A stretch of 64,000 bases of DNA from Eledone cirrhosa (taxonomy: Eukaryota), in assembly GCA_964016885.1 (NCBI GenBank), contig OZ024756.1, positions 15,066,001 through 15,130,000 on the forward strand, written 5' to 3'. The number at the start of each line of letters is the position of its first letter. Within the stretch, counting starts at the first letter, position 1. The position numbers and the translations under genes were made by a program. Below the pieces are notes generated by a model. That model was given only the letters and a program-made list of their open reading frames with translations, was not told the origin of the DNA and ran no database searches. This document shows, in pieces, positions 38,298 through 53,315 of the stretch.

Positions 38298-40179
38298 ATA
38301 TATTTATGACATACAGTGTAAATGTGGTTGTTGTTAGGAAAGACATCCAGCCTTAAAAACCCCAGCCAAATTTAGTCCTGTTAGAGCAAGGTATGGTATG
38401 GCCAATCCTGCCCAGACTTCTTTGGAAGCGAACAACCTATCTGACCCATGCAAGCATGGAAAAACAAGTCATTGGTTAATGCGAGGCTAGAGCATAATAT
38501 AGGACACTTGTTAAAAATATCTCACTGACCCTTGAAACTACAACGTGATCCCTTTTACCACACAGCCAACCCCACAGTTATATATGTTTTTCCACCCCTT
38601 GACTCTCTCAATATCTTCTGCCTTTAAGACTTAAGATTGGCCTTATGACATTCTAAGAAATCAATGTCTTACTCTGCTGGTTGACGCAGTATAAAACTAT
38701 GGATTAAAGCATCTGACTATTGATTAACGATATTTACATATGTAAATATCTATATATAAGCATAAATAGAAACATAGATACAAACTTATTTACACTTACA
38801 TACACACATTATGAAAAAATATTTTTCTTTAGCCGCAAGGCTACTTATATGCTTTTTATATAAACGTATTATATATGCTTATATATGTTTTTATATACAC
38901 CTCTATTAAGCTTAAATGGTGTCTTAGTGCTACTGCTAACTATATATCATCATCACCATTTTACGTCCATTCTTCCCTGCTAGCATGGGTTAGACAGGTT
39001 GTCCTGTTGTTGGCAGTGTCCAATCGGCTGACGTTCTCTTGCTCATAGGTAATCCAGTTAAAGGTTGTGAGTACTCTGTGTCGTGGATAGTTTTAACGTA
39101 CGGCTTTGTTTGACTCAACAAGATGTTTCCATAGTTATGCAGCGAGTTCGGGGGAATTCCTATGTAGGTTATACTTGATGTAATAATGAAGGCGATGGCT
39201 TAGTGGTTAGAGCATTGGGCTTGCACAATCGAAAGGTTGTGAGTTCAATTCTCGGACCGGGTGATGTGTTGTTTCCTTGAGCAAGACACTTTATTTTCAC
39301 ATTGCTCCAGTTTACTCAGCTGTAGAAATGAGATGATAGGACTGGGGTCCCTATCATTCCACTGCAAAGTAGTCGTGGAGGTGCCACTGCAAAAAAGCAC
39401 CCAGCACTCACTGTAAATGAGGTTGGTGTTAGGAAGGGCATCCAGCTGTAGACATCAAGCCAGAATCAGTTCCTGTATGAGCAAGAGAAGGTCAGCCGAT
39501 TGGACACTGCCCACAACAGGACAACCTGTCTAACCCATGCTAGTGGAGAAGAATGTACGTAAAATGGTGATGATGATATGTATATATCCAGGGAGTGTAA
39601 CGTGAAGTTACTGTAGGCTCACCCAGGTGAGCACTCAAGGTTCACATCAGTGTCAAGGTGTAGAGCTAGACAGAGTGTAATATAATAATATAAGGACGAT
39701 TTGTTAAGCCTTACAACAGCAGAGGTCCGATGAGAACCGGGCCAGATCAATACAGATCGAACCTTGAGCTGATCAATAGCGAAACGCGCGTCACCAATCA
39801 ATAAACGCATTGAAGGCTTAACAAATCATCCTTGTATTATTATATTATTATATATATATATGTGATGTGTTGTTTCCTTGAGCAAGACACTTTATTTCAC
39901 ATTGCTCCAGTTTACTCAGCTGTAGAAATGAGATGATAGGGACTGGGGTCCCTATCATTCCACTGCAAAGTGGTCGTGGAGGTGCCACGACAAAAAAAGA
40001 GCACCCAGCCCACACTGTAAAGTGGACGTGTAGGTGCGACGGAAAAAAAGCACCCAGCACTCACTGTCAATGAGGTTTGTGAAGGGCATCCAGCTGCAGA
40101 AATTAGGCCAGAATCAGTTCCCGTCCCACTCTTGCAAGCAGGGAAAAGTGGACGTAAAATGATGATGATGATGATGATG

Positions 40180-40220
<41 letters not shown>

Positions 40221-40342
40221 AGGAGGTGAGTTTTATTGTAGTACAATAAAGCAATGCAAATATCGGATAAGAAGCACTCTACAGTTTGTAGGACTGGAGT
40301 ATACATAATATAAGATCAAAAGATGGTTAAAGGAGTTCCATG

Positions 40343-40413
40343 TATTTTATTATGCGCATTTCAAAAACAAACATCATCATGCAATAATATTTGTGTTTTC
40401 ATCAGATAAAACA
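40343..40413 (-). ncRNA. Hammerhead ribozyme motif (left arm of palindrome)
   Basis: Reverse complement of 40528-40598. Confidence 0.7.
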
Positions 40414-40527
40414 GGAGAACATGATATGAAGGCTAAAAAACACTTGTGGATAGTGCAGTTTTAAATCAACATATCAATAAAACTGCACTATCCACAAGTG
40501 TTTTTTAGCCTTCATATCATGTTCTCC

Positions 40528-40598
40528 TGTTTTATCTGATGAAAACACAAATATTATTGCATGATGATGTTTGTTTTTGAAATGCGCATAATAAAATA
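40528..40598 (+). ncRNA. Hammerhead ribozyme motif (right arm of palindrome)
   Basis: TGTTTTAT-CTGATGA-AAACACAAATATTAT..ATGATGTTTGTTTTT-GAAA-TGCGCA-TA-ATAAAATA. Confidence 0.7.
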
Positions 40599-40628
40599 CA
40601 TGGAACTCCTTTAACCATCTTTTGATCT

Positions 40629-40699
<71 letters not shown>

Positions 40700-40726
40700 A
40701 ATAGAACACAGTAAAGAGAGAAATAT

Positions 40727-40757
<31 letters not shown>

Positions 40758-41134
40758 CACACATATGTGCGTATTTTGGTCTTCTAATAATTATTATTTA
40801 GTCATGATGAATAAATCCATCAAGCACATCTACTGACGAGCAATCTCTGATATAGATCTCCTCACTTAATTATGAAGCTGTTCTGTTTTGAAACTGTCTG
40901 GATGGGAATTGTTATTATGGTCAGTTTGTATACTTTAATTTATTCTTTTAAATTAATTTGTATGAACTGTACTATCTTTAGTTACTACTAGCAGAATGGC
41001 CCGGCGTTGCTCAGGATTTGCTCTAGAGTTCTTATATATTTGATATATATTTATCCTTATCGAGCCTTGTGAAATAAATACGTTTGTTTATATTTTGTTA
41101 TTGTGTATGCAAAAATATCTGTACACGAATATAT

Positions 41135-41187
<53 letters not shown>

Positions 41188-41193
41188 TATATA

Positions 41194-41239
<46 letters not shown>

Positions 41240-41449
41240 TATAATATTATATATATATAATATATATATAATATTATATATATATAATATTATATATATA
41301 ATTATATATATATATATATATATATATAATTATATATATATAATATTATATATATATAATATATATATATATAATATTATATATATATATATAATATTAT
41401 ATATATATAATATTATATATATATATATATATATATAATATTATATATA

Positions 41450-41504
<55 letters not shown>

Positions 41505-42225
41505 ATAATAATAAATTTGAAGACTAAAATCCAAAGAGGGTTCGATAAGGATAAATATATATCAAATATATAAGAACTGTAGAGCAATAAGCAAAGAATC
41601 GCTGCTTTCACCCTTAACGAGATTTTCTGAAACTAAAAAAAATCAATCTGTGAACACAGAAGTAAATATTTCGAAAAACGTGGCTGAATACAATAAATGT
41701 AATATGAGTTTTTCGAATAATAATAATTGTTTCTACGTTAGGCACAAGGCCAGCAATTACCCAGTGCATTACTGGTACTTTATTTTATCGACCCCGTAAG
41801 GATGAAAGGCAAAGTTAACCTTGGCGGGATTTGAACTCGGATTCTTCAAATAATAATAATTGTTTATACTTTAGGCACAAGGCCAGCAATTTTCAGTTCA
41901 TTACTGGTACTTTATTTTATCGACCCCGTAAGGATGAAAGGCAAAGTCAAATAATAATTGTTTCTACTTTTGGCACAAGGCCAGCAATTACCCAGTGCAT
42001 TACTGGTACTTTATTTTATTGACCCCGTAAGGATGAAAGGCAAAGTCAACCTCGGCGGGATTTGAACTCAGATCGTAAAGGGACGTAACTATGCTGGAAA
42101 GCCTGGCGTCCGACCCTCTACCGATACTGCCAAATAATATTCGATTTGTTTGCAAACAGCCTCTTTAAAGCCATGTCAGTAGAATGAATCCATCGCTCTT
42201 GCTCTTGTATTGGCATGTAAACAGA

Positions 42226-42272
42226 ACTACAGACACTAATGTTTCTGGGTGATTACCCTTCATCAGTACAGT
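42226..42272 (-). ncRNA. Minimal hammerhead ribozyme motif
   Basis: ACTGTA-CTGATGA-AGGGT-AATC-ACCCA-GAAA-CATTAGTG-TC-TGTAGT (GUC cleavage triplet). Confidence 0.65.
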
Positions 42273-42530
42273 ACATTGCTTACCTGCCAACTGTCAGAGC
42301 TAGTGAAAATATATGATCTTTTCAAAAATATACTGTGTGTTTGTTTTTTATGTGAAGATGCATTCGTGAACGCAGCGTGTAAAGCAAATTCACATATTTC
42401 AAGTCTAATATGACTGATAAATAAAAATAATTTAAAACCTTACACGTTATAGCGTGTTATTCGAGCAAATTCAAGACGCGTTGAAGTGAATTCACGTACT
42501 TCAATTTCATATAAAAAAGCGAACAGACTG

Positions 42531-42573
<43 letters not shown>

Positions 42574-42599
42574 GTGTGTGTATGTGTGTATGTATATAT

Positions 42600-42632
<33 letters not shown>

Positions 42633-42733
42633 ATGTGCGTATGTGTGTGTATATATGTGTGTGTGTGTGTGTGTATATATATGTGTGTGTATGTGTGTAT
42701 ATATATATATATGTGTGTGTGTGTATGAGTGTA

Positions 42734-42811
<78 letters not shown>

Positions 42812-42818
42812 ATGTGTG

Positions 42819-42849
<31 letters not shown>

Positions 42850-43250
42850 ATGTGTGTATAAATATAGTATATGTGATTCAGTGAATTACTGCTTGAATCA
42901 CCATGTCTAACAAGCAGATCAATGCTGGAATCAATTCCTTAGCTTCCATAGGTGACCTTGAGACAATCATAAAACATAAGACAATAGTCAATAACAATAT
43001 GTAATCAAAACTTCATCTTTTCTTTAAGATATTGATTAAATAAGTAACAGGCTTAATAAAAATTAAAAAAAAGTACTAGGATTGTTGTAATGCACCTGAG
43101 GACTGTACACAATAATTCCATTATTATTATTATTATTATTGATATGACTGAGTAAATCCCTTGATGGAAGTGCTCCAGCTTGGTCACAGTTTAATAACTG
43201 GAACTTAGTTAAAAAATAAAAGAAAAATGAAGAATAAAAGAATAATTCAC

Positions 43251-43437
43251 CTTGTTCCATTCTCTTCTGAATCTCTAAATAGCTTCCTACTGGAACCTTC
43301 TGTAAACCTTCCACATAAAACATTCCCAGTTTTGGATGTTGTCTGACCTGCAGGCCACCTTTAGGACAGTCTTTTGTTAACAGGTCACGCACCTGTTCAT
43401 TGTATATTTCCATCATGGAGAAGGACACTTCATACTT
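43251..43437 (-). CDS. KIF28: KIF28-like exon ([20 protein letters not shown]...YVEGL...RMEQ-G)
   Basis: [11 protein letters not shown] kinesin motif; TAG/GTGAA; 187 nt. Confidence 0.95.
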
Positions 43438-43498
43438 CTAAACAAAGAGATGATATCATGTAAGGAAGGTAATTAAAGATAGAAGAGAAGGGAATGTT

Positions 43499-44117
43499 TT
43501 AACCCCTTCATTACCATATTTCTAATGAAAGACACTACCTATGTCATTAACCCTTTCATTACCATATTTCTATTGAAAGACACTGTCTATGTCATTAACC
43601 CTTTCATTACCATATTTCTAATGAAAGACCCTGTCTATGTCATTAACCCTTTCATTACCATATTTCTAATGAAAGACCCTGTCTATGTCATTAACCCTTT
43701 CATTACCATATTTCTAATGAAAGACACTACCTATGTCATTAACCCTTTCATTACCATATTTCTATTGAAAGACACTGTCTATGTCATTAACCCTTTCATT
43801 ACCATATTTCTAATGAAAGACCCTGTCTATGTCATTAACCCTTTCATTACCATATTTCTAATGAAAGACCCTGTCTATGTCATTAACCCTTTCATTACCA
43901 TATTTCTAATGAAAGACACTACCTATGTCATTAACCCTTTCATTACCATATTTCTAATGAAAGACCCTGTCTATGTCATTAACCCTTTCATTACCATATT
44001 TCTAATGAAAGACCCTGTCTATGTCATTAACCCTTTCATTACCATATTTCTAATGAAAGACACTGTCTATGTCATTAACCCTTTCATTACCATATTTCTA
44101 ATGAAAGACACTGTCTA
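43499..44117. repeat. 48-bp tandem array (about 13 copies) beginning TTAACCCTTT
   Basis: Period 48 (ttaa at 43547 and 43595). Confidence 0.93.
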
Positions 44118-44181
44118 AACAGACTAAAACATTCTAAACAGACTAAAACACTCTAAACTAAACAGACTAAACACTCTAAAC

Positions 44182-44414
44182 CAGTGATTCCCAACCTTTT
44201 TTGTTCCATGCCCCACCTCAACATCTAAAAAATATTTATGTCCCCCTTTGATATAAAAACAAACTGAGTTTTGTAAAAGTGTAATTACTGTAATATAAAG
44301 TAGAAATCCTTTAATTAAACAAAGCTAAAAATTAGGTAACTGGAAGTTTAGTCGTACTATATCACTTTCAAATTACCCCCCTGTTGGGTGTGCACCCCAC
44401 GTTGGGAATCACTG
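44182..44414. mobile_element. hAT (Charlie-like) MITE
   Basis: 14-bp TIR CAGTGATTCCCAAC / GTTGGGAATCACTG; 8-bp TSD CTCTAAAC / TTCTAAAC. Confidence 0.85.
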
Positions 44415-44594
44415 TTCTAAACTAAACAGACTAAAACACTCTAAACTAAACCCAAAACACCTAAAATTGATTTATGATGATATGAATTGTATTTAAAAAA
44501 ATCTCCTTTATTGATTAGGGCTGAACATTTTCCAGAAAATTCCATCATACTTCTACATTAGTTTCATTTGAACTTGCAACAGTTTCTTACTTAC

Positions 44595-44661
44595 CAAATT
44601 TTTGTCTTCATTGCTAGAAATAGTTTTAAATAATTCATCGCAAGCTGTCGGCACAATTCCT
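44595..44661 (-). CDS. KIF28: KIF28-like exon (GIVPTACDELFKTISSNEDKNL)
   Basis: GIVP..C.ELF motor motif; TTCCAG/GTAAG; 67 nt, phase consistent. Confidence 0.92.
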
Positions 44662-44769
44662 CTGGAATATATAAACATATAAATTGATAGCTTTGAATCT
44701 ACAAACAGTTTACTTCAGACATGTCACTGCACTTTGGGTGCATCGGAACATTTTGGGCAGCTACTGTCA

Positions 44770-45195
44770 TTTGTAAATAGAAAGGGTTTACTATAAACCT
44801 GTTATGGGGCTTTGAGTGTTCAGAGGTGTAAGGGAAGGGGCGTGGGGTTTCAATACATTTTAGGTGGCCCCTCTAATTTGTAGATAGAAAGGGTTTACTA
44901 TAAACCTGTTATGGGGCTTTGAGTGTTCAGAGGTGTAAGGGAAGGGGCGTGGGGTTTCAATATATTTTAGGTGGCCCCTCTAATTTGTAGATAGAAAGGG
45001 TTTACTATAAACCTGTTATGGGGCTTTGAGTGTTCAGAGGTGTAAGGGAAGAGGCGTGGGGTTTCAATATATTTTAGGTGGCCCCTCTAATTTGTAGATA
45101 GAAAGGGTTTACTAAACCTGTTATGGGGCTTTGGGTGCTCAGAGGTGTAGGGGAAGGGGCATGGAGTTTTGGAACATTTTAGGCAGCCACTCTAA
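44770..45195. repeat. 107-bp tandem repeat, about 4 copies
   Basis: aaagggttta recurs at 44781, 44888, 44995 and 45102. Confidence 0.9.
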
Positions 45196-45772
45196 TACAC
45201 AATAAATCTAAGGTAGAAATTCAGGAATAGGAGAGGCTGTGTTGTGGGGGTCAGAGTTGTGAAATGGAGGAGTTTGTTGGGGTGAGAGAGAAAGATATAT
45301 AATACTTGTGACTATGTGTGTAGCCTTAAAAACACAATTTCTTTTTATTTTGCCAGTAAACCAGGTTCAATGCCAAGGAGGAGAAACTCAGGTAGAAATT
45401 CAGAATAAGCCTATCAATGAAAATCTTTCTAAAATCTGAGGGTACACGATTGAAAAGAAGGGGAGGGGAGTCAGTGCCATCCTATGCCCACTACTCACGC
45501 CCTGGCCCCTCCTCCTTGGCATTGAACCTGGTTTACTGGCAAAAATATAAAGAAATTGTGTTTTTAAGGCTACACACATAGTCACAAGTATTGTATATCT
45601 TTCTCAACCCCAACAAATTCCTCCATTTCACCCCCCACAGACACAACACAACCTCTCCCCTACACACAACCCTGCCCCACGCGCACCCCCCCCCCCTTCT
45701 ACACCCCCCCCCCAACCTGTCAATCTCACTATTAGCCATCTTTACTGCAATACTTCTTTGTCTCTCTCTCTT

Positions 45773-46335
45773 ACACACAGACATACACACACACACAGAC
45801 ACACACACATACCTAGACACACACACAGACATATACACACAGAGACACACACATACACAGACACACACACACACACACAGACACACACAGAGACACACAC
45901 ACAGACACACACACACACACACACACAGACATACACACACAGACACACACACACACACAGACATACACACACAGACATACACACACACAGACACACACAC
46001 ATACATACACACACAGACATGCACACACACAGACACACACACATACACAGACACACACACATACACTGACATACACACACACATAGTCACACACACATAC
46101 ACAGACACACACACAGACACACACACACACATACACACACACAGACACACACAGACACACACACACACAGACATACACACACACACATACACACACAGAT
46201 ATACACATACACAGACACAGACATACACACACACATATATACACATACACACAGAGATACACACACACACAAACGCACAAACATACACACACATATATAC
46301 ACACACTCACACAGATATACTCACACACAGACACA
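45773..46335. repeat. (CA)n-rich compound microsatellite
   Basis: Direct inspection. Confidence 0.9.
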
Positions 46336-46849
46336 TATTGTTGACATTCATCAATGATTACCTTATTCTCTCTCCCTCCCCCCTCTCTCTCCTCTCTCTC
46401 TCTCCATCTCTCTCTCCCTCTCTCTATCCCTCTCTCTCTGCATCACTTTCCCTCTCCCTCTCACACACAAACAGTGTAAAGACCCTCTTCGGTCACAAAT
46501 GACCACAGGATTTACATCTAGAAAGGTCCCCCGCTGAGGCACAAGTCCGGGCAAGGCTGTTTGGTGGAAGACCAGCAGTCGCCCATGTATACCAGCCTCC
46601 CTCTCTCTCCACGCCACCGATGTTGTCCCAGGGAAAGGCAATGGCCGATACAGCCTGGCACCAGTGACGTCGCAACTTATTTCTACAGCTGAGTGAACTG
46701 GAGCAAACGTGAAATAAAGTGTCTTGCTCAAGGTCACAACGCATCACCTGGTCTGAGAATCGAACTCACGACCTCATCATTGTAAGCCTGACGTTCTAAC
46801 CATTTAAATCGTGCTCCTTCAAGAAGAAGAAGAAGAAGAAGAAGAAGAA

Positions 46850-46924
<75 letters not shown>

Positions 46925-47040
46925 TAAAATAACAGATTAAAGTTTAAGCAAAGAATCGCTGCTCTACGGTTCTTATATATTTGATATATATTTTCCTTAT
47001 CGAGCCCTCTTTGGATTTTAGTCTTCAATTTTATTATTAT

Positions 47041-47106
<66 letters not shown>

Positions 47107-47466
47107 CGCATCACCTGGTCTGAGAATCGAACTCACGACCTCATCAATGTAAGCCCGACGCTCTAACCATTTAAATCATGCTCCTTCATACATCATTTCA
47201 CTCCAGCAACTCCATAAACAATGCTTTAGAAAGAGAAATACTAAGAGAGAAAGAGGGTGGGAGAGAAGAAGAAGAAGAAGAAGAAGAAGAGGGGAAGAGA
47301 GAGGAAGGAGGAGGAGAGATAATGAACTATCCAACTATTGATGTTAATTCACACATATAATGTTTAAAGGTGTTTTGTTTTTTTATTAATCAATATTAGA
47401 TTTGCCTTCAACTACGTTGTTTTTGCTTTTTAAACCTGATCGACCTTCGATTAAAACTCTACCTCG

Positions 47467-47501
<35 letters not shown>

Positions 47502-47511
47502 CCTCTCTCCC

Positions 47512-47610
<99 letters not shown>

Positions 47611-47926
47611 TTATATATATGTGTTGTTTCCTTGAGCAAAACACTTTATTTCACATTGCTCCAGTTTACTCAGCTGTAGAAATGAGATGATAGGGACTGG
47701 GGTCCCTATCATTCCACTGCAAAGTGGTCGTGGAGGGGCCACGGCAAAAAAAGCACCCACCACTCACTGTAAATGAGGTTGGTGTTAGGAAGGGCATCCA
47801 GCTGTAGAAATCAAGCCAGAATCAGTTCACGTCCCACCCTTGCAAGCAGGGAAAAGTGGACGTAACATGAAATGATGATGATGATGATGATGTATGTATG
47901 TATTTATATGTATATATATATATATA

Positions 47927-47969
<43 letters not shown>

Positions 47970-48028
47970 TTATATGTATATATATATATATGTGTGTATA
48001 TATATATGTGTGTATACATATATATATA

Positions 48029-48938
<910 letters not shown>

Positions 48939-48939
48939 C

Positions 48940-50390
48940 CATCATCATCATCATCATCATCATCATTTTACATCCGCTTTTCCCTGCTTGCAAGGGTGGG
49001 ATAGGTCCTATTCAGCACAGCATCTCTCCACGGTCCTTCATCATCTCCTCGGTGAGCTTCAGCGATCCGAGGTCAGCTCCCACCACCTCCGCCCATGTTT
49101 ATCGTAGTCTTCCTCTACTGTGTCTTCCTTCCACAGGGATTTCTTGGCACTTCTTTACCCAGCAGTCATCCTCCCTGCACATCACATGTCCATACTAATG
49201 CAGTCTTCTCTCCTGCACACTACAGCTTATCCCTCTTATACTCAGTTTCTCTCTGAACTCGTCTATGCTTGGTCATTCACGCACATTGACATTGCACATT
49301 CATCGGAGCATGCTTGCTTCATTTCTCTCCAGCCGTCACATATCCTCTGCAGTTGTTGCCCATGTCTCACTACCATGCAGCATCGCGCATCTCACACAGG
49401 CATCATATAACTCGCCTTTTGTTCGCAGGGAGAAACCCTTCTTTGTCAACAGAAGAAGCAGCTCCTTAAACTTCCTCCAACTTGTCCTCCCTCGCTAATC
49501 TGATCACCTAGGTATCAGAAGCTATCAACCACCTCTATAGATCCTACTGCATTTGAAAAATGTGTCTATCACTGCCACTTCTACTGTCAAATTTCCCTGA
49601 ACATCTACTGCATATATAGTTTTCCCTACCTGTTAGTTTGCCCGCTATACCACTACATCTCTTGTGTACCCAAGATCTGCATTGTGTACATTCTATAGAA
49701 TTTATGCCAGCTCCTTTTCTACATATCGAACATGGCCATTTCCCTGATGGAATCAATTTTGTCCTCTTTTCTACTTATCAACACTTTAGTCTTAGCTAGG
49801 TTTACTCTCAGTCCTCTTGATTCCAACTGCTGTTTGCATAGCCAGAATTTATTCTCTAGCTCCTCTACCGATTCTGCTATAAGCACCAGATCATCAGCAT
49901 AGAGAAGTTTCCATGGGTAGCCAGTCTTAAATTCCTCTGTTATGGCTTGGAGGACTATAATGAACAAGAGTGGGCTGAGGACTGAACCCTCATGCACTCC
50001 TACTTGTATCTGGAATTCCTCATGTCTCTGGAATTCCGCATGTCTCTGATCTTCTCATCACAGAACATTGGCAAACCTCCTACTCTCAGCTTCCCTGCGT
50101 GCTAAGTACACCTGACGTCTAACTCCTCTTTTAGCGGCTGAGTATCGGTCTCTAGTCCCCCCCCATTTTTCCAAGCTTTCTATGCTAGTCTTTTGTCTTT
50201 AATGGCTCTATCTACCGTGCTGCTCCACCACCAGGTCACCCTGTCTGGTTGGAGCTCTGCTCCAGCCACAAGTTTCTTCAGTAGCCTGCAGTAAGTTGTC
50301 ATGTAAGAAATTCCAGTTATCATCTACATCATACTATTCTAACTTGTCTTCTTTTTCGTCATACACATCTTGAAGGGCTTTCCTAAATTT
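48940..50390 (-). mobile_element. Degenerate, internally deleted RTE LINE
   Basis: GSVLSPLLF, LLYADDL, WVHKRC and the 3' tail. Confidence 0.85.
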
Positions 50391-50417
50391 ATATTTTAAT
50401 ATGTATATAAATGTATT

Positions 50418-50523
<106 letters not shown>

Positions 50524-51789
50524 CGAGGTCGAAATCACTAGATATTGATCTAATGGATTGGCAGTATCGGTGGAGGGTCAGATACCATACTTTGCAGTAC
50601 AGAGTTACGGCCCTTTGGGTTCTGAGTTCAAATCCCACCGAGGTTAATTTTGCCTTTCAAAAATATGGGGTCGATAAATTAAAGTACCAGCCACGCACTG
50701 GGGTCGATTTAATCGACATTTCCCTCCTCCCAAATTGCTGGCCTTGTGCCTATATAAGAAACCATTATTATTATTATTATTATTATTATTATCATTATAT
50801 CATCATCATCATCATCATCATTTTACGTCCACTTTTCCCCTGCTTGCAAGGGTAGGATGGGAACTGATTCTGGCTTGATTTCTACAGCTGGATGCCCTTC
50901 CTAACACCAACCTCATTTACAGTGAGTGCTGGGTGCTTTTTTGCCGTGGCACCTCCACGACCACTTTGCAGTGGAATGATAGGGACACCCAGTCCTATCA
51001 TCTCATTTCTACAGCTGAGTAAACTGGAGCAATGTGAAATAAAGTGTCTTGCTCAAGGAAACAACACATCACCCGGTCTGAGAATTGAACTCACAACCTT
51101 TCGATTGCAAGGCCAATGCTCTAACCACTAAGCCATGTGCCTCCTTATATATATATATATATACGTCCCTTTCCATTCTGAGTTCAAATCCCGCCGAGGT
51201 TAACTTTGCCTTTCATCCTTACGTGGTCGATAAAATAAAGTACCAGTAATACACTGGTAAGTGCTGGCCTTGTGCCAAAAGTAGAAACAATTATATATAT
51301 ATATATAGGAACGATCGACTTTCGTCAAATCGGACCGAGGGAACAATGTTTCCGTTGGTCTTTCCAATTGCTAATACTATCTATCAGTCGCAACTCCAGG
51401 TAGAAGGAGCAACGTGAAATGAAGTGTCTTGCTCAAGGACATAACGCATCGCCTGGTCCAGGAATCGAACTCACAACCTTACGATTGCGAATCCAATTCT
51501 CTAACCACTCAGCCACACGCCTTCACGCCTAAATATATATATATATAGAAGGAATTTGTAGTTTACTTGAAGCATTGTATATGGTATATAGAAATCAAAG
51601 TTGGAAAGCCACAACAATGCAGATTTGGACAAAGAGAAAAATCAAAACACAAAAAGCACAAAAAGTAGAGTTTGTTCTTTTTTACCCTAATTCATTCCTA
51701 TGATCTGATATTTCGAGATTAGTATCTCTTCGACTGAGGAAAATAAAGGAATGATTACGAGAAAAAACACTTAAAGCAAAAATTCCTCA

Positions 51790-53315
51790 AACTCAGCACA
51801 GTAGATCACCTTGTTAGCAGTCCCCCCTCATAACACCAACAGAGGCTGACAACACCAACACCGAGCCTAGTGGTGCTCCAACCAACAACACACCACTCGA
51901 TGTAAGACATCTTGTCACGGACTTGACAGGATCTCTCTCACGAGATGAACTAGATCTCCTCAGTCTTGGTCACAAGTTCATACTAAAACAGAGACTGGAC
52001 GAAAGGTTATGGCTCGACCTGGAGACAAATTTCTGCCGAGCTGCCTACCAACTAAAATGGATATCAGCCATTGACAACGCTACCAAAACAAATACTTCCA
52101 CCAGATTCCTGATATACCAGCTAGACCACCCATTCTATCCACAACCCACCAACCGTGAACTTGACGAGAATCTCTCGAGATTGAAGCATTCTATATTCAA
52201 TATTGTGGAAACAGAAGAGAATAACCACAAATCTCTCCACAAAAATAATACTAGACTACAAATTAGACCCATTGTCTCCAGCTTAGGAGGACCCCTATAT
52301 AAAATTTCCTGGATTCTCACCCAGATCCTTAAGCCTATGCTCTCCACCTTCCCCAGGCATCTCAGTAGCGCCGATGAAGTTGTACAAAGACTCCACCAAC
52401 TCCAGCCAGACCTACTTAGACTCAATAGGTACGCCTTTAGCCTCGACGTTGTCTCCCTCTACACTACAGTCACCGCTCAACCAGCTGTCAACTTATTGAC
52501 TGACTACATTACCTCCAAGAATATTTACTGCTACAGCCTCTACCTGGCAGACATACACCAGCTTCTAACTGTGGATAATATTTATTTCACCTTCCACCAC
52601 CATACATGCAGACAGACAACAGGACTACCTATGAGATCCAGCCTATCAGGCCTGCTGGCCATCACTTATATGAACCAGCTGGAATGTCGGGCCCACAAAA
52701 CCTGCCACTCCTGTGCCTTCTTCCCCCGATATGTAGATGACATACTCATCCTTACGTCATCCCATGAAGAAGCAGACAAAATATGCACAACATTCTCCAA
52801 CATGGATATTAACATAAGGTTCAGCATGGAACACCCTGATGACACTGGATCCCTTTCCCTGCTAGACTTCCAACTCAGGGTAATGGAAGAAGGTGACATC
52901 CACACCAACTTCTACAGAAAAGCCGCCAGCAGGAACCTGTTCGCCCATTTCAAATCAGCCCTCCCCCTTGGTGCCAAGTCCAAATACATAAGGAATGAAC
53001 TGATATATATCCGGAATGAATGCAACACCACAGGAGACCGAGACATACACATTTGGAAGTGCTTATGCTAAACGGTTACCTGATATCCACCGTAAACCAC
53101 GTTAGAAATAAGAAACACCACATTTGAAGCACAAACTCCACCAGCACCTGCTTCCTGAAGCTCCCACATTTCAGTGATGACACAATAACAACCATCCGCA
53201 GTGCCATCCAAACGGAAGGACTAGGCTTACAACTAGCTCATTTAGGGCCCTCCTTATGTGGACAAATTTCTACGAGGTGAGCTGTTGAACACAACAGCCG
53301 ATGCATGCTGGCCAA
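51790..53315 (+). mobile_element. Penelope-like element, reverse transcriptase fragment
   Basis: IRPIVS, SLDVVSLYT, QTTGLPM.S.LS, RYVDDI, F.ME, LSLLD, FYRK are PLE-type RT motifs; degenerate. Confidence 0.85.
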
